The notes under the pieces: model-generated
The model's database searches: none
Told to the model about the DNA's origin: nothing
What the model saw: the letters and a program-made list of their open reading frames with translations, nothing else
Position numbers and translations under genes: made by a program
Shown here: positions 18,668-27,018 of the stretch, in pieces
How positions within the stretch are numbered: position 1 is the first letter of the stretch
Layout of the letters: each line of letters begins with the position of its first letter
Source of the DNA: an uncultured bacterium
GTDB lineage: Bacteria; Babelota; Babeliae; Babelales; Vermiphilaceae
NCBI GenBank assembly: GCA_963713925.1
Contig: OY970212.1
Span: 608,001 to 672,000, forward strand
Direction of reading: 5' to 3'
Length of the DNA stretch: 64,000 nucleotides

Positions 18668-19066
18668 TTTGTATAGACGGGGGGCTGTCGCACTTAAATA
18701 TCCGTTCGAATGGTTCGACTAACGCTTATACCCCTAATTTCGCTTACGCTGCATTGGGGCCCCAAAACCACGAACGGGCCCCGCGCCTAAGCGTGGGTGA
18801 AAACGGGTTCTGTGCCTTTAGGTGGGTTAATTTTTTTATTTTTTGCGTTCGTGGTGAGTGTAGCGTAATTTTTTGGGGTCCCCCGATGAAGGGTCCCATG
18901 CGTAAGTGCAACGTAAGCATGGGTAAATGGAGCGTACGCGAAATTGGGCCCCATACGAAGTTTGCGAAGTATGGGTAAAAATTGGGGCAATAGCGAAATC
19001 ACGGGCCCCATGCGTAAGCAATGGGTGAAAATCGAACCATTCGAACTTCCAAGTTTGTATAGACGG
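18668..19066. repeat. Composite nested palindrome cluster flanked by a 13-bp direct repeat
   Basis: TTTGTATAGACGG at 18668 and 19054; two family-C elements (18702..18806, 18846..19046) interrupted by six family-A elements. Confidence 0.85.
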
Positions 19067-19144
19067 TATGCTTGACAATATGCTATTGATTTTTTATACC
19101 AGTAGGCAGTTTGTGCATATCTGTAAGGAGGTTAAAATATAAAG

Positions 19145-19579
19145 ATGAATACTATCTATTCATATTTGTTTGTTTTGCTTTTTTCCTGTTGCGACATCTC
19201 AAGCGGAGATGGCAAGGTCGCAGTTTCAATTGATTTCATGGGAAAGCATCAAGATTTACAAATAAATAATGATCAAGCCAAGGATTTAGTAAAAACGATT
19301 GATGGCATATACGTACAACAGAAGGCTGCTATCACCTATTTGCTCGCCTCTGCCGTTTGTGGAAAAAATAAGCAATTTGCAATGGAGTATCGCATAGATT
19401 ACACCGACCAGAATAGAACAATACGCCTTATATGTGGTACAAAAAGCACTCGACCCAAAGCGGTTGACTATAAGGGGTTCGATGATCACGTTTTTGACAC
19501 AACGCAATTTACCAAATTCATAATCAGATGCTCTCAGCAAACTGCCTTCAATCAAATAGCCGAGATTGCTACAAAATAA
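19145..19579 (+). CDS. Exported hypothetical protein
   Basis: TAAGGAGG upstream; hydrophobic N-terminus. Confidence 0.7.
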   Translation: MNTIYSYLFVLLFSCCDISSGDGKVAVSIDFMGKHQDLQINNDQAKDLVKTIDGIYVQQKAAITYLLASAVCGKNKQFAMEYRIDYTDQNRTIRLICGTKSTRPKAVDYKGFDDHVFDTTQFTKFIIRCSQQTAFNQIAEIATK

Positions 19580-20819
19580 GCGCGGCAATATAAGCTGTTA
19601 ATAAATTGGAAAGAGCTGCTGCAAAGACTGCTTTCACCCCAAGACGAGTGATGAATGTTCGCTTAGCAGGATGCAAGACGCCGAGTGCACCGATTTGAAT
19701 ACCGATACATGAAAAGTTTGAAAAGCCGCACAATGCATATGTTAAAATATCTTTTGTACGTTCTGAGAGGTTCATATGCACCAATGCATCATAGGCAAAA
19801 AGCTCATTGAGCGCAATCTTAGTTCCCAGTAAACTTCCTGTCGCCATTGATTCTTGAGATGTGAATCCAAATAGGTAACCGAATGGCGCAAAAAGATATG
19901 CCATAATTGACTGAAATGAAAGGTTTGGTAATTGCCATGTGTGTGGCAAGCTATGATTTATTAACGAACCCCCAACCGCGAGGAGCGCATTTGCGCATGA
20001 TAAAAGCGCGAGAAATGAAATAAGCATTGCTCCAATGTTGAGGGCAAGCATCAATCCATTTGAGGTACCGTGTGCGATGGCATCAAATATATTGTCAGCA
20101 GCACACACTTGCTCAGCGTGCGCATCTTTAATTTCTTGAGCTTGTTTGTTGTCAGGAATAATGATTTTTGCAAATAACAATGCTCCCGGTATGGACATCA
20201 CGCTTGCAGCCAACATATGAACTGCGCTGACTCCCATAGCAGCGTAGACTGCCAAAATTGAGCCGCTGATGGTTGCCATGCCGCTGACCATCACGACGAA
20301 TAATTCCGAATCATTCATACGAGGCAAATAATTGCGAATGAGCAACGGCGATTCAGTTTGCCCCAAAAAGCTGTTGGCAACTGCGCATAATGTTTCAGGT
20401 CCGGATGTTCCTAACAACGGCTGAATCACATACCCAACGGCTTGTACGATTTTTTGAATAATGTTGAGATGAAAGAGAAGCGAGGTAAGTGCTGAAAAAA
20501 AGATAATGACAGGCAATACCTTCACCGCGAAGACAAATCCCCATGGTCCATTTTGTATGAGATTTCCAAATAAAAATGCAGATCCAACATCGGCAAAACT
20601 ATAAAGTTTGACAATCCCGTGCGCGAGCCAAGAAAACAAGGCAATTCCCAAAGAAGTTTTTAGTATGGCAATACCAAACACCACTTGCATGAGTAATGCT
20701 TTGCAGACAAAAGACCATGAAATGGCTTGTCGATTGTGCGAGAGAAGCCAGGCAAGAGCTATGGTAATACCGATTCCTAAGAGTGGTAACGCGTAAGATG
20801 CATTCACTAAGAATGTCAT
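19569..20819 (-). CDS. nupC: Concentrative nucleoside transporter (NupC/CNT family)
   Basis: FLGQTESPLLI, MVSGMATISGS, GTKIALNELFAY, YALCGFSNFSCIGIQIG. Confidence 0.93.
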   Translation of the reverse strand: MTFLVNASYALPLLGIGITIALAWLLSHNRQAISWSFVCKALLMQVVFGIAILKTSLGIALFSWLAHGIVKLYSFADVGSAFLFGNLIQNGPWGFVFAVKVLPVIIFFSALTSLLFHLNIIQKIVQAVGYVIQPLLGTSGPETLCAVANSFLGQTESPLLIRNYLPRMNDSELFVVMVSGMATISGSILAVYAAMGVSAVHMLAASVMSIPGALLFAKIIIPDNKQAQEIKDAHAEQVCAADNIFDAIAHGTSNGLMLALNIGAMLISFLALLSCANALLAVGGSLINHSLPHTWQLPNLSFQSIMAYLFAPFGYLFGFTSQESMATGSLLGTKIALNELFAYDALVHMNLSERTKDILTYALCGFSNFSCIGIQIGALGVLHPAKRTFITRLGVKAVFAAALSNLLTAYIAALIL

Positions 20820-20855
20820 GTAATTCCTTTGGAAATGTATTGAGGGAAGATGGTA

Positions 20856-21926
20856 TTAAGAAAGAGCAGCGACATCTTTTTTGCGTTGCTCACGATCATA
20901 TGCGCGCAATGCTTGAATGATCTCATCCATGTCACCGGCAATTACTCGATCCAACTTGTTAAGCGTGAGGTCAACCTGATGGTCAGAAACGCGATTTTGA
21001 GGAAAGTTATAGGTGCGAACTTTTTCAGCGCGCATGCCAGTTCCCACGAGTTCTTTGCGCTGTTTACTAAGCTCTTCTTGTTTTTTTTCCATCTGATGCG
21101 CGAGAATACGCGACTGCAAAATCTTTAACGCTTTTGCTTTATTTTTATGCTGCGATCGTTCATCTTGGCAAGCCACAACAACGCCGGTCGGTATGTGAGT
21201 CACACGAACTGCAGAATCGGTTGTGTTGACGTGTTGTCCTCCGGCACCACTTGCGCGATAAACATCGATACGAAGGTCTGCCGGATTGATGGTCACATCA
21301 ACATCTTCTGCTTCGGGAAGTACGGCGATCGTTGCCGTTGAAGTATGAATACGGCCTTGGGTTTCAGTTGCTGGAACGCGCTGTACTCTGTGGACACCAG
21401 ATTCGCGCTTTAAATGTCCGTAAACACCTTTTCCTCGAATATAGAGAATAATTTCTCTATATCCGCCAAGATCGGTCGGGCTTGCGCTCTCAACTGAGAC
21501 CTTCCATCCCTTAGAGATGGCATAGTTGGTATACATATTCATGAGATCAGAAGCAAACAGAGCTGCTTCTTGTCCGCCGGTTCCAGCTCTGATTTCAAGA
21601 TACACGGAGCGATCATCAAGTGGATCAGATGGATACAAGATCGATTCCAAATCTTCATTTGCCGATTTGATTTGAGATTCAAGCTCGGAAATCTCCTCCT
21701 TGTACAACGGAGTGAGTTCAGCATCAGTGTTGCTTGCTTCAAGAGCACGCGCTTCCCTGAGCTTTGTATCTAGCTCAAGAATATGAGTATGCGCGTCAAC
21801 AAGCTGGGTTACTCGAGAAAGCTCCTTTTGCAAGGTATTTCTTTTCGAACTTTCCAGTGTTGGCTCGAGAAGTTGCTGAGTTATTTCTTCTTTTCGAGCA
21901 CGAAGCTGATCCCAAGAGATATTCAT
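20856..21926 (-). CDS. prfA: Peptide chain release factor 1
   Basis: [10 protein letters not shown] (PxT), [18 protein letters not shown]. Confidence 0.97.
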   Translation of the reverse strand: MNISWDQLRARKEEITQQLLEPTLESSKRNTLQKELSRVTQLVDAHTHILELDTKLREARALEASNTDAELTPLYKEEISELESQIKSANEDLESILYPSDPLDDRSVYLEIRAGTGGQEAALFASDLMNMYTNYAISKGWKVSVESASPTDLGGYREIILYIRGKGVYGHLKRESGVHRVQRVPATETQGRIHTSTATIAVLPEAEDVDVTINPADLRIDVYRASGAGGQHVNTTDSAVRVTHIPTGVVVACQDERSQHKNKAKALKILQSRILAHQMEKKQEELSKQRKELVGTGMRAEKVRTYNFPQNRVSDHQVDLTLNKLDRVIAGDMDEIIQALRAYDREQRKKDVAALS

Positions 21927-21944
21927 GGACAGACCAGACAGCAG

Positions 21945-22148
21945 TTATTTTGATTTTTTATAACGCTTCTCAAATTTTTCAATTCTTCCAGCAGTGTCGA
22001 CATGTCGTTGTTCGCCGGTGAAGAATGGGTGGCATTGAGAGCAAATGGTCACGTGTAATTCATCTGCTGTTGAGCGGGTTCTAAAGGCGTTACCGCATGC
22101 GCAACGAGCAGTGATTTCGTGATTTTCTGGGTGGATTGAGGCTTTCAT
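21945..22148 (-). CDS. rpmE: 50S ribosomal protein L31, Zn-binding type
   Basis: MKASIHP...CACGN...[10 protein letters not shown]...DTAGRIEKF. Confidence 0.97.
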   Translation of the reverse strand: MKASIHPENHEITARCACGNAFRTRSTADELHVTICSQCHPFFTGEQRHVDTAGRIEKFEKRYKKSK

Positions 22149-22215
22149 ATACATCCTATCAGTAAATATATACACATATAATCAAATATTTCTTGTATAG
22201 TATCGTAAAAAGGCC

Positions 22216-23688
22216 TTATTGTAAAGGCGTCTGAGCGTGTTTGCCCTTCGAAAAGCCTTTTTCTTCCAGGGAAAAAACAGCTGAAACAAGGAGCGGGGTC
22301 AACACTGTCGTTATGATAAGTGCAACGACCGCAGCCGCATACCATTGTTCATCGATAAGACCGGCAGATTTGACCAAAAGGGCTATCACCAACCCGACTT
22401 CCCCCCGCGCGACCATGCTAAAGCCAAAAATAAGGGTTTCCGACCATGACCATTGATCATGGGATTCGCTTCGATAATTTTCAAGGGCGATGACTCCAGA
22501 ACAGGCTATGAGCTTACTGAAAATGGCCAGTACTGTCAGAGTAGCAACAACTATCCATTGGCCCGCCGAGAGAAGCCGAGCATCAAGTTGCAAGCCGACG
22601 CCAACCAAAAAAAGTGGCAGAAGCAATTGGGTGACAAACGGAGCAACCGCATGTTCTAAGCGAGCATCACTGTTTCGGGCGTGGAAAAATCCGGCAAAAT
22701 AAGCGCCTGTAATTCCCGCGAGCCCTATTGCCAATTCAGCGGTCGCATAAAAAAGAAACATGGTCAGTATACCAAGGTAAAAGGGTGCTTCTGCATGAAA
22801 TGAGCGAGCCAAGGCATACAATTGTGGAAATACATAAAATCCGCACGCAATCATTCCTATCAAACCGAAGATCATCGTCAGCATTGTGTAGACAATTCCC
22901 GATGATGCCACACCTTCCCCCATGACCATTGAAAAGAATACTGATACCATAATCACTGCAACAATATCATCAACGACTGCCGCTGCAAGCGTCGTACGCG
23001 CCGGTCGAGTGTCCATTTTTCCAAGACTCACCAGCAGTGCGACTGGAATTGAAATACTTGTTGCCGCAAACATTAACCCAATTGCGCAGGCGCCGGTGGT
23101 TGAAAGGCCGAACAGAGGAATTATCCCTGCACACATAATAAAGGGGACAAGAGCGCCCAGAATTCCCGCTGAAACAGCAATAAAACCAACAGATTTTACT
23201 TTTTTTAGATCAGTTTCATAACCAGCCAACCACATGAGCCAACTCACGGCAAACAGTGAGCAGACACCGGTAAAAAATTGAAAGAGAAAATCAAATTGAC
23301 CGACATGATAGGTGTGCTGAAACCCATGCTCAGCTAACGCTTGCATGGGGCCCATTTTATACCCATGCTCAGCTAACGCTTGCATGGGACCCATTTCACC
23401 AACTACCTGATAAAAACCATTAAAAAAGCGTGCTATATTAAACCCGGTTGGCCCGAGAATAATTCCGCTGAGCAGCATACCCGCAGTTCTTGAAAGGGAA
23501 ATATATTTTTCCAAAAGCAGGCTGATACCGATTGCTCCCGCGTATAAAAGCGCGATAAATAATGCCCCTACTGCTAGTATATGCGCGTTGTTTGCAAGAC
23601 CAGAGAGCGATGAAACCGTGATAAGATTGTGTGAAGCATGACAAGCAAAGGAGAAGGTCATGCTCAAAATAAGAAGAAGCATGCGCAT
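22216..23688 (-). CDS. Cation:proton antiporter (CPA2) with an in-frame palindromic insert
   Basis: AGYETDL, AATSISI, AAVVDD, MVARGEVGL; duplicated MGPMQALAEHG. Confidence 0.9.
   Translation of the reverse strand: MRMLLLILSMTFSFACHASHNLITVSSLSGLANNAHILAVGALFIALLYAGAIGISLLLEKYISLSRTAGMLLSGIILGPTGFNIARFFNGFYQVVGEMGPMQALAEHGYKMGPMQALAEHGFQHTYHVGQFDFLFQFFTGVCSLFAVSWLMWLAGYETDLKKVKSVGFIAVSAGILGALVPFIMCAGIIPLFGLSTTGACAIGLMFAATSISIPVALLVSLGKMDTRPARTTLAAAVVDDIVAVIMVSVFFSMVMGEGVASSGIVYTMLTMIFGLIGMIACGFYVFPQLYALARSFHAEAPFYLGILTMFLFYATAELAIGLAGITGAYFAGFFHARNSDARLEHAVAPFVTQLLLPLFLVGVGLQLDARLLSAGQWIVVATLTVLAIFSKLIACSGVIALENYRSESHDQWSWSETLIFGFSMVARGEVGLVIALLVKSAGLIDEQWYAAAVVALIITTVLTPLLVSAVFSLEEKGFSKGKHAQTPLQ
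23319..23396 (-). repeat. Two tandem family-A palindromes (39-bp period) within the coding sequence
   Basis: aaatgggtcccatgcaagcgttagctgagcatgggtata followed by aaatgggccccatgcaagcgttagctgagcatgggtttc. Confidence 0.92.
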
Positions 23689-23701
23689 GAGGATCCTTTA
23701 T

Positions 23702-23762
23702 TTTACCCAAATGTATTTGTATACGGGATTGGAGTCCCCCCCACATTTATGTGCGGGGGGAG
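23702..23762 (-). repeat. Degenerate family-A palindromes before the antiporter RBS
   Basis: Reverse complement gggactccaatccc...atttgggtaaaataaaggatcctcATG. Confidence 0.6.
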
Positions 23763-23768
23763 CATTTT

Positions 23769-24956
23769 TTATAAAATATAATATGCGTATGTTACAAGGA
23801 GCCCTGTTATAAGCACCGGAATTTTAACTGGTTTAAATCCAAATAATTTATAGGCTAAATTTGCAAACGTAAGCGCTATGATAATTGGATATCCGATATA
23901 AACAAGCGGCCCTCCTGTCACTGCAAGCACTTTTGCCAGTCCAAAAATGGAAAGTGGCAAACTGGCGATGAGTACAGAAATAAGAGAAGGTATATAACCG
24001 ATGCGTGATTGAGCGAGTGTTTTTTGGACATATTCTCCCACGACTGCTGACAAAGCGATGGCAGTTGAAAGACATGCCATGAGCACTGCGATAGCAACAA
24101 TAATTGCCCAATGGTTGCCCAAGATTCTCAAAGAAATGTCTTTAAACAAAAAGCCGGCATTGCTTCCATCAAATCCATATCCAAAATGTTCACCCAAATA
24201 AGCCATGCCGCAATAGACGATCGCTAACAAACCGACGCCCAAAATTCCTGACTTTAAAGCGAGTGACAAGCGGGCAGCGCGCGTTTCACTGCCGGTCCCC
24301 AGCGTTTGCTTGAGAATAACAAGCACAATGGACGAGAAGAAGATGGCTCCCAATAGATCCAGAGTTTCATAGCCGCGTTGCAGGCTGTGAGCAACGATCG
24401 AGAGTGCTGAAGCATGTGATTGTTCAACTGTTCCTGTCATGAAAAACGCCTTGATCATAATGATTGCAAGCGATGCAAGCAAGACCGGGCTGATGATGTT
24501 ACCCAGCAATGAGACAATAGCGCGTTCTTTATAGGTGCATAAAAAGGTGATCCCCAAAAAGATCACTGCAAAAACAAATGATGATGCGGGTGTGACAGTG
24601 CTTAAAAATGAAGTTGGCAAAAAGGGCGTCATCATCACGTGCGAAAGCGTAACAATACGCGGGATAACCAGCATCGGCCCAATGATCAGCATGCAGATTG
24701 CGATCATGATCTGTCCGGGGATTTTGCCCAAACGTTCAAAAAAGGCAGTATAGTTACCATCAAAGAGAATCATGGTGATAAGCCCGATAAGCGGCAGCAA
24801 TACTGATGTCACCAAAAATGCAGCAATGCCAAGCGGGGTTTGACTTTTGCTTTCAATGCCCACAAGCAATGGATACATTAAGTTCCCGGCACCAAAGAGC
24901 ATAGAAAAGATTGCAAGGCCGGTGGTAATTATATGCGATTCAAAGAATTTTTTCAT
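23769..24956 (-). CDS. brnQ: Branched-chain amino acid transporter BrnQ (LIVCS)
   Basis: GLAIFSMLFGAGNLMYP, IGPMLVIPR, GYETLDLLGAIFFS, MACLSTAIAL. Confidence 0.93.
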   Translation of the reverse strand: MKKFFESHIITTGLAIFSMLFGAGNLMYPLLVGIESKSQTPLGIAAFLVTSVLLPLIGLITMILFDGNYTAFFERLGKIPGQIMIAICMLIIGPMLVIPRIVTLSHVMMTPFLPTSFLSTVTPASSFVFAVIFLGITFLCTYKERAIVSLLGNIISPVLLASLAIIMIKAFFMTGTVEQSHASALSIVAHSLQRGYETLDLLGAIFFSSIVLVILKQTLGTGSETRAARLSLALKSGILGVGLLAIVYCGMAYLGEHFGYGFDGSNAGFLFKDISLRILGNHWAIIVAIAVLMACLSTAIALSAVVGEYVQKTLAQSRIGYIPSLISVLIASLPLSIFGLAKVLAVTGGPLVYIGYPIIIALTFANLAYKLFGFKPVKIPVLITGLLVTYAYYIL

Positions 24957-25022
24957 AATAAATCCGATGTAAGGTAAGAAATAACAGTTTTAAAACAAGG
25001 GGTGAAGAAGAAAATTAAGATA

Positions 25023-25139
25023 CTATGAGCGAATGCCCATAATAATAGACCCAGCGCACAGAACCATACATGAACAGGAAAGAAAGGTGTTCATCGATGA
25101 ATGATATACGTTTACAACGGGAAGCTGAAAATAATGCAT
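25023..25139 (-). promoter_or_regulatory. Candidate 38-aa leader peptide upstream of brnQ
   Basis: AAGGAAG RBS; MHYFQLPVVNVYHSSMNTFLSCSCMVLCAGSIIMGIRS; followed by a C/T-rich spacer. Confidence 0.55.
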
Positions 25140-25290
25140 GAAGACTTCCTTGCGTCTGGTTTTTTGAAGCCCCAGTCGGGGCTCAATTAATAATATTAAC
25201 TATTGCAGTATATAATAATGGTGTTTTTTTTCAATATAAGCTTCCCAATTCAGGTAAAAAAAAGACTCAAAAAAAGTCTTGCAACATTTT

Positions 25291-26514
25291 TTATCGATAC
25301 AGATTCGGGTGTTTCTTCTGATTTATATCTCGTCTAATGAAAGCATTAATTTTATTTAACAGGATCTTTTTATATTGATTCTTATATTGATCCGGCAAGT
25401 TGGAAGGAAAATAGGTAAAACCATCAAGAGTTTGCTGTGCAAGTGGGGTCAATTGTTGTTGTGCGCTCTCAATATCCTGGAGAGAGCTTTGCGCATTAAT
25501 CTTTTTAAGTACTTCTTTATACAGATCTTTACCTCGTATCTCATTGAGAATGTCTATTGCCGTCTGCGTACTGACTTCATTTCCTTTCTGGACATATCCA
25601 TTTATGATGGATTTCAGATTCTTTTGAAGTGCGGGCTTAAAGAACTCTGATCGAATAAGCCTGTCATATGAGTCCAATCTATCTGTTAATTGCTGACCAG
25701 CCATACGATTTGAAATTTGTGTCATTTTATACTTTTCTAACTGTGAATCTAAATTGGTTAAAATAATATTAGAGATCTGATCTTCAGGGCTTTGAGTATT
25801 TTTTTCTGAGTAGAGAGCCTGATAGGATTCAAGTGTATTCATATACTGATAAGGTTCAGATAAATAATACGCAATGCTTTTTAATAATGGTGATAATTGC
25901 TGATTTTGACCAAAAAAGTGCTGCGCTTGATCTTGTTGCCATTGATCGGCAAGCTCAGAAATTGTGTCTTGGATGGTGTTTTTTATTTCTTCCGGATATT
26001 CCTGCAGAGCCAAAAATTGCAAACGCTGTGGGTAATTAGCAAAAATGCTATTGCCGGAAGGATAATCGCCAAGCTCTAGTTTTTCCAATTGTTTGATTTG
26101 TCCCGATGCCTTTTTTCCGGGAGCATAGAGTTTTTTGAGCTCGTTAAAATAATAATCAGTACCAGAGGTAACTTGTTGATGAGAATAAAGCGCTTTAATC
26201 GCTTTTCCTATCATGCTTTTTATCCCCGATCGAGTGTTGTCATCTTGAAGCATTTTTTTATACTGTTCATCTTGCTTACATTGTTGATCAGTAATAATCT
26301 TATTTCCCAATTTATATACGCAATAAGAACCGACTACCGTTGCCGCAAATCCGGCCGCTGTCAGATAAGGATTTGATCTTGCTCGATCCCAGAGTGATCC
26401 GAAATAATTTTGAACGGATTGCCACCATGTCTGTTTTGAATCTGCCCCAAATACAGGCGATTGCAAATTGAACAAAATTAAACCGGAAAAAATAAGAGAA
26501 TTCATGCGTTTCAT
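25291..26514 (-). CDS. Exported Gln/Lys-rich helical protein with one hydrophobic segment
   Basis: GAGGT RBS; signal ending VFG; YLTAAGFAATVVGSYCVY. Confidence 0.8.
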   Translation of the reverse strand: MKRMNSLIFSGLILFNLQSPVFGADSKQTWWQSVQNYFGSLWDRARSNPYLTAAGFAATVVGSYCVYKLGNKIITDQQCKQDEQYKKMLQDDNTRSGIKSMIGKAIKALYSHQQVTSGTDYYFNELKKLYAPGKKASGQIKQLEKLELGDYPSGNSIFANYPQRLQFLALQEYPEEIKNTIQDTISELADQWQQDQAQHFFGQNQQLSPLLKSIAYYLSEPYQYMNTLESYQALYSEKNTQSPEDQISNIILTNLDSQLEKYKMTQISNRMAGQQLTDRLDSYDRLIRSEFFKPALQKNLKSIINGYVQKGNEVSTQTAIDILNEIRGKDLYKEVLKKINAQSSLQDIESAQQQLTPLAQQTLDGFTYFPSNLPDQYKNQYKKILLNKINAFIRRDINQKKHPNLYR

Positions 26515-26703
26515 AAGAGAGATACCTCAAATAAATACTATGTTCTTTACATGTATTATCTCATTTTGAAATTCTATTAGTCAATGTTTTAAGGCAAGGG
26601 TAAAGAAAAGTATGTAAGATACATGATTTCAAAATTGAGGTTATATGGTGATATTTTCATGTTTAATACCGCAAGAAGCAAACTCTCCCGTTTTACCAAT
26701 GCT

Positions 26704-26895
26704 TATACCCCACACTTACGTGCGGGACCCCAAATACGCACCGGGCGCCACTCCGTTCGTGGTGAGCGAAGCCGTATTTACGGCGCAGTCGAATCCATAT
26801 CGAACGGAAAATACTTGATCAAAATTTTATTCTTACTCATGTTACGTGAACGTTCGTATGGATTCGATTTCGCTACGCTACACTCACCACGAACG
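26704..26895. repeat. One family-A palindrome plus an inverted pair of family-C elements
   Basis: Family A at 26704..26731; ccgttcgtggtgagcg...gtcgaatccatatcgaacgg at 26753..26807; inverted partner at 26851..26895. Confidence 0.8.
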
Positions 26896-27018
26896 AAGTG
26901 GAACTATTTTGTACTTTCAAGAGTTCAACGGAACAAATGAGCACATTAAAAAATGTACTCATTTGTTCTTCTTTTTTGCATACTGAGTCTGATTTATAAT
27001 TTTTATGTGAAAGATAGT

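Noticed and set aside
18875..19030. Family-A cluster as a mini-CRISPR
   Set aside because: Copies are nested, variable in the middle and dispersed across the window, not identical repeats with unique spacers.
18754..19078. Short ORFs in the track (74-80 aa)
   Set aside because: They lie within the GC-rich nested palindromes and have no coding features.
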